From Spizellomyces punctatus DAOM BR117 (taxonomy: Eukaryota), in assembly GCA_000182565.2 (NCBI GenBank), contig KQ257453.1: DNA of 64,000 nt. One strand, written 5' to 3'. The translations under genes were made by a program, and so were the position numbers. The notes under the pieces are model-generated. The model was not told the origin of the DNA, searched no databases, and saw nothing but the letters and a program-made list of their open reading frames with translations. Shown one piece after another: positions 54,687-64,000 of this stretch. Within the stretch, counting starts at the first letter, position 1. Each line of letters begins with the position of its first letter.

Positions 54687-55496
54687 CTAAAAGCCCTTGG
54701 GCAAGATTTCGATCCAATAGCCGTCAGGATCCGTGACAAACGCAATGTTTTTCATTCGTCCTTGAGAGGCCAATCATACCGTCAAAAACAATTCAGTAGA
54801 TGCCAGTAATGAACCATACTCTTACCGTCATTAGGCTTCTTGAGGAAGTCTACACCCTGCTCTTCCAACCGCGCGCATGCCGCGTCCACATCATCCACAA
54901 TTACACCAATGTGGCCATAGCCCTTGGGTTCAGAGTTACCAGTATGATAGCCCTCGAACGAATCGTCCGTTTCGGTCCCCCAATTGCTTTGAAGAGAATG
55001 GTTAAACACTAGAGGTTTGGCAAAATGACCGTGAATACATACTGGGTCAATTCCAATACACCTGGTCGAGAGAATGCGTATTTTCTACGTTCCTCAAACG
55101 AAGCCTCTTGGATGCTCTTGGGAACACCGTAGGCGAGGAAATAGAGTGAGAACTTTGCCTCCTCAAAATCAATCTTCACGATGAGGCTGGCAGATAGATG
55201 TTCGTGAGCTACGATAGTAACTTGCAAATGAGGTCACAGCTAACCTTTACCTCATTCCAAGCTTTTGTGTATAGAAATCCACAGATGCTTTGGGATCCTT
55301 CACTCTATACATCGTATGGTTGAACTAAATACAGGAATACACTCTTTGAGATCTAGCTGAACTTTTGCGGTGAACGGCAGTACGGTATTCATTTTGACAA
55401 GCACGTTCAAGATGGAGACGTACGTCTCTGCGTCGACGCAGTCCTCCCTAAATTAAATGCGTCACATACCTCGTATGTTGAGGGATCGGTCGCCAT
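54687..55496 (-). CDS. GLO1: Lactoylglutathione lyase (glyoxalase I), single-module, multi-exon
   Basis: [71 protein letters not shown]. Confidence 0.93.
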
Positions 55497-55730
55497 GTTG
55501 GTATTGCCTCAAGGATGGATGTGATGGGTGCGATGCTTTTGATCTTTGGACCTGGGAGAATTTGGGGAAACGTCATCAATGTATGACGCATACTGACTCA
55601 CTTGAAACTTTTGAGTTGGATTTCGTAAGCAGAGGAGCCTTGTCTTTGTGAGCAGGAAAGCAACCTTGACAAGAAAGGCCCCAGGAGCTAACGACAGCCA
55701 GTGTACCTTGTGTGTCCCCGATCCCTTCTC

Positions 55731-57536
55731 ATGGCGGTGGAGGTGCCGAGGCATGATGCTTTGTATCTCCAAAGAGATAGACCTGAGTGGAAACACCCGA
55801 TTCCAGAGAATATGGAGGTGGAAGGCGAACCAGTTGATGACGCTTTGCCACAGGAAGGCCGACGAACGCAGTTTTCCGAACGAATTATGAGTCCCGATAA
55901 TCCCAAGCTGACCGAAACGACCATCTCCGATAGTGACGTTAGCGTCGAAAACGAATCACTATCAAATTCCAAACGCAAGCAACCCTGGTGTCCAGACGGC
56001 TCTAGCAAGCGTTTATGTACTGACAGAAGCAGTATCTCCTCCTCACCCATCAAGCACTTGTGTCCTTTCGAAGGCTGCAATAGAGTTTTCACGAAATCGT
56101 CCAAACTGACTCGGCACCAAGTGTCTCATACAAATGAGGTACCCTTTTTGCATATGGGCGAAGACGTGGCATCGTATTCTTAATACCTACCTATTTTAGC
56201 GCACATTTGTATGCCCACATCCAGGTTGTGACAAAACATATTTGCGAGCTGACCATCTCGCTCGCCACGCTCTTACCCATGCACCTACACCCGAATTCCA
56301 AAAGCCCTTCAAATGTGATCACCCTGATTGCGGTCGAGCATTTGCAAGTCGCTATCATTTGAACAGACATATCAAGCTTCACGAGACACCACGGCCATAT
56401 AAGGTGGGGATGGGGTGATTGCGACCTGGGGCTGAGAGGGTAGCTTTTCGACTGACAGCAGTGGCACAGTGCAGCTTTGGAAATTGCACGGACTCCTTCG
56501 CAAAGCATTCTCAGCTACGACGGCATATGTGCACGCACACTGGACAGAAGGCATTCCCATGTCCAGCATGTGACAAAAGCTTCTCAACGTCCCAAAAGCT
56601 GAAACAGCACCTTCGCCTACATTCGAGTAAGTGAACTGCATGCTGGTCAGTTGGCACACTAACTTATCCTTAGATTATAAGCAAATCCGAGATATCAATG
56701 CACGATCTGTAACACAACCTGCCCTAAATGGTCTCTCCTTCAGGCTCATATGAAAGAAGCGCATAAACCTGTCTGTGACATTTGCCATAAAACCTTTTCG
56801 AGACGAGACGTTTTGAAAAATCATATGAAAATACATGCGGTGGACAGGGAATTGTGGGCTTGCGAGTGGGACGGTTGCGGGAAAGTCTTCACTAGCGTGA
56901 GTGAATTGAGGTTGCTAACTACCGTACCTTGGAGGGCTCACAGGTGAACGTCAATCCGTCCATCAGGCCAAAATTCGCGCGATACACGTTCGATCTACAC
57001 ACGAAAAAGTCAAAGCCTTTCTGTGCAACCACGATGGATGCGGAGCCGAGTTCGCACATAAACACCTTTTAGTTCGACATCGCCGCTTACATGAGACTTC
57101 CCCAACTGTGAGGAAGAAACGCTCAGACGCCATTCCTCCTCCTACTCTTCTTGAGCACCTAACAGGTCACAATTACGCTGGTGTTGAAACTGGACGGTCA
57201 AAACCATGTCCTATAGTGGGATGTCGCTTTGCGTTCAGGCGGCAGTACGATCTAGACCGACATATAAGGAGCGTGCATAGACGTATTGACGAAGCTGATG
57301 TAATTGACAAGGTAGTGATGATGGATGGAGATTCAGCGGCGAAATGCACGGATGATAAACTTCTGTGGTCTATGGGGAGTGAGAAAGGAGAAAGGGAACC
57401 GACGCGAAGGAAAAGTATGCGAACAGCAGAGAAGATGGAAGGGTTCTACGATGAAGCAGAGCTATGGTCGGATTCTGACGAAGAGTTTAGACCAGAGATT
57501 AGCGACAGCGAGGTGGGAGATGAGGATGACGATTAG
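55731..57536 (+). CDS. Multi-C2H2 zinc-finger protein, probable TFIIIA (start at 55731 or 55812)
   Basis: About 10 C2H2 fingers: CPFEGCNRVF..SSKLTRHQVSH, CDKTYLRADHLARH, KWSLLQAHMKEAHKPVCDIC, and a terminal LTGHNY..R..C....C.FAFRRQYDLDRH typical of fungal TFIIIA. Confidence 0.75.
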
Positions 57537-57979
57537 GATTAGAAGCTTAGGCAGAATGCATCGTGTACCCCACACGTGAGAGTAGTCGAGAATAAGAGCT
57601 ACGCTAGAATCGCTACAGCAGTGTGTATTATGAAGCGCTGCCAATGCAACTGTAGCCACAAGATCTTGAAGATCTACGATCGTCGCTTTTTGTGGAAGAT
57701 TGCAGAGGCAGTAGGGGAGGACTATGTGAACCCCGTCATCTGTCAACTGGTGAACGCCCGATGTGCTACAGAACTTTCTTCCTTTCTCCACGCTTAGGTG
57801 ATCTATTAGTTCAGCTTGACAAGAAGCTAATTGAATAGATTCAAACAGGTCACGGGTAGGGACATGTACCATGCACTCTGTCATGCGGTGTCCCACTTGC
57901 AATAATACGTTTTACTTAATTGTCCTACAGGCAACAGCAACTAGCCTATCCGGCAAGACCAAAGATGGTTTTTTTTGCA

Positions 57980-59303
57980 TCAAAGGGTTTTTAAATGCTC
58001 AATGAAAAAATTTGTAACTCTCCGCCACGCAAGATTAACGAGATCCTTGTCAAATCCACCTTCGTAGCCAAGCTCCTTGCGTTGCTGAAGCGACCACGGA
58101 AGATCATTCATGAAAGCGTGCTAGGGAACAGATATGGAAATTAAATTGAATGTTTCCGACACCTCATTGGAAAGGCAACAGAGTATACTAGAGACTCACC
58201 CCTTGGCCCGGGTAGAAAAAGACGCTTGCCTCCAATTTGTGGAATCCTTCCGCATGTCTTCCACCATGCTGCCTGATCACCTCCTCCCATTTCCTTTGCA
58301 CGGCACGAGCGGTCTCGGGATCGCTAAATCCTTTTTTGTTATCCTTTTCCCCAATATGTAGTTGGACGGGCGTGTAGAGTGGAATGGGAGTAATGTCGAT
58401 GAGAGACAAAGGAGGAATCCCGTAAAATGAAACGCATGCTGAAATTGTTGGTGGGTGTATGCTTTTATGCAGCTGTGGCTTGAAATTTCGGGTTTATTTA
58501 CCATTAAGTGGTCCGGGATTCTTGGTGGGCCCAATGCTGGCGGCTAGAGCGAGAGACAGAGCCCCACCCATGCTAGACGAGGAGGACTATTAGCATTGAA
58601 TGCGGCTGTTGAGTCAAGTATGTTACGCACCAAAATCCTATTGAACCAATTTTTCTGCTCAAGAAAAGTCATTCGTACAAAGTCTTGCATTTTTTGCAGT
58701 GTACAGCCGTGGGAACTGTACCTTTTACCATCCTTTCTCAAATCCTTGACCAATTTCGATAGCTCATCTATGGCTCCGGGCCAATCCAATTCGTCTCTTA
58801 GATGTGCCGCTTCCTGACAATCATTTTCGAGTATTCACCACATAGCATTGACGATGGATCACAAAACGACGTAGTATCTCTTACAGCGGCGTCGAGTGCT
58901 TGCTTCCCCCGATACAGATCAGGAACAATTGCGATTGCTCCAGTATCATTTGCAAGGTGTTGCGCGTGTGCTTTTATTTGCTCGTTGATGCCCCACCATT
59001 CCTTGCAGGACCAATGTATGTTAACAAAAGCAGTAAAGATATCGTCCCCTCCGCTGCATATAAAGAAGCACAATCGCAAGTCCTTACCTGCAAGACAATA
59101 ATAACTGGTTCAGGAACAAAAGAGCCTTCTGTATTGAGGTCGTGCTCGACTTCTCCTTGTGGTTGAAACTCGAGAACGGGAAGTGACGACTTGTGCAAAC
59201 GGGAACCGGCCGAAAACCAGCGTCCCTTTAGTGCTGGGTTTAGCAGAGGAGCGCGAGCGTGGAGGCCACGAAGGACTCTGAAGGGAGTTTGTAGGAAAGG
59301 CAT
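57980..59303 (-). CDS. Dienelactone hydrolase-family protein with mitochondrial-like presequence (multi-exon)
   Basis: IIVLQ|EWWGINEQIK, AIVPDLYRGK, GF|CMGGALSL, FYGIP, HAFMN. Confidence 0.88.
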
Positions 59304-59462
59304 GTCAGGCTACAAGCTTCTGTTGGGGGAGTATTCAGATGAAAAGGTCTAAAGTTGAAGGACCAAGGCGAGCATGACTCATATCACGTCACGCGTTGTC
59401 GACACCAGCCAGTGCGAACAAGTAGCCAAGAAAACTGTTGTTGGATTCCAGAGGGAGCAACA

Positions 59463-59492
59463 TAGTGCGGAGCCGATGGGTATTGGCACTAG
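59463..59492 (+). repeat. Left terminal inverted repeat
   Basis: tagtgcggagccgatgggtattggcactag is the exact reverse complement of 61557-61586. Confidence 0.97.
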
Positions 59493-59568
59493 TACAAAGA
59501 TTCCAACCAATTTAATCATAATTTTACTCGATTTAGACTCATGAACTATGGTTTGATCCAAAAGATCC

Positions 59569-59575
59569 TATATAA
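59569..59575 (+). promoter_or_regulatory. Candidate TATA box for the Fanzor transcript
   Basis: TATATAA about 50 nt upstream of ATG 59627, inside the element's left end. Confidence 0.4.
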
Positions 59576-59626
59576 GTTGTCGTGCCCATTTTCCCAGGCT
59601 TTCATCTTTTTCCACAGATATCATCA

Positions 59627-61492
59627 ATGCCACCAAAAAAGAAGCAAAAACTCGAAAAACTCGACAAACCTACTTGCTTACATACCTATAACAAGACTTC
59701 CTTTGCAAAAGCTTTCCTGCCAAACTACCACCAACGGCTTCTAGATTACATCGCCATCATCCATGAACTCGCTTCCCACGCTCTCAAATTCTACATCCTA
59801 TCTGCACCATCCTTTCCCACGGTAGATCAAGATACAATCGAAGCGATTCTCTATCTTCTCAACAAAGGAGAGGCTTGGCATCCAAGAAAGGAAGCAAAGA
59901 AGGCATGGCGGGATTGTTTGCTGCCATATGTTTAACGGTACTGCCAAATCGTCGGCTTCGTTCACCCAAATCTACGAGGCGAGCAGCAATCAGTCAATTA
60001 CCTGACAGCAAGTATGATGACAAACCTGAAGGTCAACGTTCAAGAGCATTTCATGCAGATGCTCCTTCGGTATATCAATCTGCGGCTCGACGTGAAGGGA
60101 CAGAAGCAGCGACTGCCACTGAAAAGCGATGCGCGGAAAGCTTTCTTTACTCGACTACGCTACTTAAAGTCAGTTTTTCTTTTTGATACTGTACCTGAGT
60201 TGCTGGATTTAACACCATTGGAGAGCGAGGTTCTTGAAGAGATTTGGTCGCTCGATCTGCCTTTTCTTGTTGACAATCCACTCGCCTTCGCAGTTGTCGT
60301 GGATCCAATGTCCTTTTTCCCTGCTTACTGTCGGTTGTCAAGCCTATATGAAAAGCATGGATTTCGACGGTTCAGTGCAATCCCACTTCGCCGCTCCCTC
60401 ATCCAAAGCCACATTCGTATCGACACGGTTATTCTGCACCAGCATATCCTCTGCATCACCCGCCAAGAAGCAGAAGCCGTAGCGAAGGTCGATTTATGGT
60501 TGCGCGTCTGTAATCTGCAGAACAAGGCTTTTAGATCTCGTCATGGAATGTGTTTTGAAGGCTCGATCACGACGGACGGAACCTCGATGTCTGTATACCT
60601 AAAGCACCCAGACGCAGACAAGTATGGAAAGCGCGGAGCGAGAAAGTCAGCAAAGACTCTAGAAGCTGAGGTGAAGGCAGTATATGTGGAGAACAACTTG
60701 CCTGCTTGTCGAGCAGCAGAAAATGTCATCGTTATCGACCCAAACAAGCGCGACATTCTCTACTGCCAAGACAGCAATGGTACGACGTTCCGCTACACCG
60801 CCAATCAACGCTGCAAGGAGACAGGTAGCCGCCGAATTGCAAAGAGACGAGAAGCAATGAAAGCCGGCGGCATTGACCTCATAGAATCACGTATCCCAAG
60901 CCACAAGACGATGAACCTCATGGACTTTACTCGCTACCTTCTCGTTCGTCGCGCAGATTCGGATCGTCGCAAGGAATTCTACTCCCACCCTGCCCACACA
61001 CGGTGGAAGTGGCATGCATTTATAAACCGTCAGAAGAGTGAATCGAACCTCATATCCAACTTGCGCAACAAGTTTGGGAACTTTACCATTGTGATGGGAG
61101 ATTGGAGCGATGCCGGTCGAACTGCGAGATTTCAGACCTCATCCAAGACAAAAGGCTGGCGCACCCTCTTTAAGCGCAACCGCATTGATTGTTTCCTTCT
61201 CGACGAGTACAAGACCTCATCTGTCTGCCCTCACTGTTCCTCTGACGTTGAAAAAGGTTTCAAAACACGACCTCATTCAAGACCTTATCGACGACGAGAA
61301 GGCAAGATTGAAAAAGTCCACGGATTGCTGGGTTGTACCAACCCTAACTGTTTGCAGCAAGCCTGGACGATGCGCTACTGGAATCGAGATACGCTGTCAA
61401 CCTGCAATATGGTAACGATCGTGCAATCAATGTTGGATGGACACGGTAGACCAGAGGTGTTCAGCAGGAGGAGTGTTCCAGCTGTAGCGTAG
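59627..61492 (+). pseudogene. Fanzor1 RNA-guided endonuclease (TnpB/Cas12 family, SpuFz1-like), 621 codons with one in-frame TAA at 59933-59935
   Basis: MPPKKKQKL NLS; frame continues past TAA (YV*RYCQIVGF...SMMTNLK) into the 492-aa ORF; RuvC I VIDPN (D 60737), RuvC II LDEYKTS (E 61205), Zn finger CPHC...CTNPNC, RuvC III NRD (D 61388); closely resembles SpuFz1 as I recall it. Confidence 0.93.
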
Positions 61493-61511
61493 CGTAGATT
61501 GGTTAGATTAG

Positions 61512-61601
61512 GTTTTCCGAGCCGGTTGTCGCGCGGTTCAATCCCTGGTGCGGGTGCTAGTGCCAATACCCATCGGCTCCGCACTACATATGAAGAGGGC
61601 A
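61512..61601 (+). ncRNA. Fanzor omegaRNA: 75-nt scaffold (61512-61586) plus about 15-nt guide read from flanking DNA (61587-61601)
   Basis: Starts 19 nt after the Fanzor stop and ends at the right TIR; gagccgg (61519-25) pairs with tcggctc (61573-79); inner hairpin gggtg..taccc (61552-71); matches the SpuFz1 omegaRNA layout from memory; exact ends inferred. Confidence 0.85.
61557..61586 (-). repeat. Right terminal inverted repeat (overlaps the 3' end of the omegaRNA scaffold)
   Basis: ctagtgccaatacccatcggctccgcacta. Confidence 0.97.
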
Positions 61602-61695
61602 GGCAAAATAACTACTGTTCGGTAACACTCCTACTTCTACATTACGTGTTCACTAAAATTAAAACAGCCTTCCGGACCAGCCGGTGGACTGCTAC

Positions 61696-63936
61696 TTACG
61701 CACCCAAGACCCATTTTCCAATGAACGCATCGAATCCCATATCATTGACAACAATATCACCATACAACTCTCGTAACTCTAGACTTGTAAAGCTCTCCAA
61801 GGCTGCTCTGTGTCTTGATGTAGATACAGAAGGTCTCGGCGTTGACAGCTTTGAGTACGCGCAATCATCACTATCTTCCACATCCGAGCTTGGCTCCGCA
61901 AGCCGTAGGACAGAACCCTTGAGCTCGCTGAATCGATGAACGGATCGAGCATACTCCACTGCGGCCTGAAATGTTGCAAAGAGGTTTAGATCAAAAGCTG
62001 TTCATCAACCATTTGGAGGAAAACCATACCTCGGGGGTCAAGTCTCTGACAGAAACATTTCCCACTGATGCCTGACCAAAGCTGTCCACACTGATATTGT
62101 TTGTCACCCACCAGCGGGGTAAGTGGCTATTTTTACGACGAATCCAAAGGGTTTTCCACCCGCCATCGGTGTCCTCTCCACCGGTTTCAGTCTTTCCTCG
62201 ACGAATGGAGAAGATCCTTTCAATGGGACTGACGCCAGAGTTTCCTCGTCCATTTGCTCGTAATCTCGTCAATGGCCTCACTGGAGCCACCGACTCCCGT
62301 TTTTGACGTGGTCCATCATCATCCGCTACTCGGGCAACATTGCGAACGCTGTTTTGCTTGAGCCAGCGGACCGGAGCGGAAAAGACTCGTTTAATCTTTC
62401 CCCAATTGATCAACGTTTTGCGATTTGCCTTTTGCTGTTGCTCCTCCCCATACTTAAAATCTCGGGGGATCGTAGAATGTCTATGGGATTGGCTGAGCGT
62501 CGTGCCGCCAGCGGCAGGGGCGGAAGCACCTTCAGCGACCGCTACCCAATTACGAGCAGTCCATAGAGCTTCCTCCAGTAGAACTTCTACTGGTGTCACT
62601 GTTGAGGGACAGGACTCCCTTGTTGGGGTTAACGGCTGAGGACTATCCCGGTTGGGTGCGTAATTCTCTAGCCATGCATCAGAGTCAAGAAACGGAATCT
62701 CCAGTGGTATGCGAGGCAAGGACGGAAGGACATATTTGTTGTAACCGGTGACTTCATATAGTTCAGGTTTTGTGTCATTCTGTAGAGGTGTCCGATTCGG
62801 AAGTTCAGGCGGCGATTCATTAGGTATGTTCAACTCCATGGTCGTGAATCTGGAGTCCACAGAAAGATGAGCCATGTACGTTCGTGCAGTCAGCAAGGAC
62901 GATTCCGTTTGTGCTGTCTGAATGCCTTTATCCACTTTATCTATATGGTCTGCATTCTCGACAGTACTGGCTGCAGCAAGCTTTTTTGCTGCTGGGTCGG
63001 TAGTACTGAAGTTTGTGGCGTCTTCTTTGGCGCTGTCGTTTTCGATATCAGTATTTGATGGTGGTCTCGACGCTTCGACATGCTCAGAGTCTTTCCTTAG
63101 TAGGTGAACTGGTAGCAGAGGCGTCTGATCTTTCGCAAAAATTGCCGCATGAATCACACTATCGTCGGGCAGTAGTAACTCTTCCTGCTCCATGTCTAAT
63201 TCAGATGCTATAGCCGTCGTTTCTTCCGGTGCAGGATCGACCAGGGGCGCATGTCTGTTACGCTTATGATCAGAATGCCTACGAGTAAGAGTCACCGGCA
63301 TGCTGTCGACGTTAACTGCATCTAAGAGATATGAGATAGAGTCATCAGTTAAGCAGTACATGAAGCACTTACCAGGAAGCGACGCGTCTTGTTCCGCACT
63401 TGCTATCATTATCCCATGGGTTTTTATGGAAGATTGAAGCTCTTCAACGACTGGTGCCCCATATTCATCTAGCACATCACACGCAGTCAAGAACGAATCT
63501 GCGGGACTCGTGCCATAAGGGAGCACGTCCAAGTCCTTAGCACACTGCTGGAGGTGCAGCGCTTTATCAGAAATAATATCCTGCTCAGTGCCTGGGTATT
63601 GGATATTTTCATTGACATGAGTCCTCTCGGTGGAGGTTGTGGAAAGTATGGTCACATCAGCCGCGGAATTGGTACCGTAGGAGGATTGGCCTTGAGCAAC
63701 TCGAGTAAGCACACGGGAGGACTACACAGTCTTGAATGACGTTCACGAAACTTACTTGATCGCAACCAGGTGACGTCCGTGTCAATATGCAGTCCTTTTT
63801 TATTAACCACATTGACAGGACTGTCGCCAATATAAACAATGCCTTCTTGAAATTCATGATCCTCTTCTACGTCGACGGGATCATTTGAGAGCTCCAACTT
63901 GGAGTCTTTTCTGGTGGCCAGCATCGTAGTTGCCAT
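61696..63936 (-). CDS. Hypothetical low-complexity protein (about 3 exons)
   Basis: 573-aa ORF plus flanking ORFs linked by plausible GT..AG introns (donors near 63756 and 62029); no recognised domain. Confidence 0.55.
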
Positions 63937-64000
63937 TCTGAGCTGCCCAGTGAGGAAACAGGTGGTGTGATTAAAGCCGTGTGATTTCCCAAGCAGCTGC

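Larger units (their letters stand above)
59463..61586 (+). mobile_element. Non-autonomous TIR transposon carrying Fanzor1 (SPu-1-like), about 2.1 kb, no transposase
   Basis: Perfect 30-bp inverted repeats including terminal TA (59463-59492 and 61557-61586; 32/33 if extended); left junction CATA; contains only the Fanzor ORF and the right-end ncRNA scaffold. Confidence 0.95.

Noticed and set aside
61892-61900. ggctccgca, a 9-nt match to the TIR end downstream of the element
   Set aside because: Too short, lies in a host exon, and has no partner repeat
61499-61939. 146-aa plus-strand ORF starting just after the Fanzor stop
   Set aside because: Has a non-ATG start, crosses the omegaRNA and TIR boundary into host DNA, and is antisense to a host exon

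Overview
A gene-dense, intron-rich eukaryotic window, most likely from a chytrid fungus. The best guess is Spizellomyces punctatus or a close relative, inferred from the Fanzor element and a gene set retaining NEDD1-like, TMEM94-like and site-2 protease genes. It holds about 27 host protein-coding genes, mostly housekeeping (UTP25, NHP2, NOP12, PIG-P, mitochondrial EF-G2, UBC7, fumarase, DAG kinase, SEC11, HEL2/ZNF598, CK2 alpha, SPB1, cyclin, CDF transporter, S2P, prefoldin 3, PLB1-like, TIM21, glyoxalase I, TFIIIA, dienelactone hydrolase), one tRNA-Gln(CTG) and a 100-N assembly gap. The standout is a complete ~2.1 kb non-autonomous transposon at 59463-61586 encoding a Fanzor1 (eukaryotic TnpB/Cas12-related RNA-guided nuclease). 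It has perfect 30-bp terminal inverted repeats, a CATA motif and TA dinucleotides at the junctions, an N-terminal NLS, an intact RuvC D-E-D triad and Zn finger, and a 75-nt omegaRNA scaffold at the right end whose guide is the flanking host DNA. This copy has one in-frame TAA at codon 103 while its RNA module looks intact. Fanzors as a family are already described, so the novelty lies in this copy's state and locus. The second notable item is a gene at 4629-6805 whose N-terminal domain resembles a bacterial/phage-type helical DNA-binding family. All family assignments are from motif recognition by eye; no searches were run. Multi-exon genes are given as start-to-stop spans.
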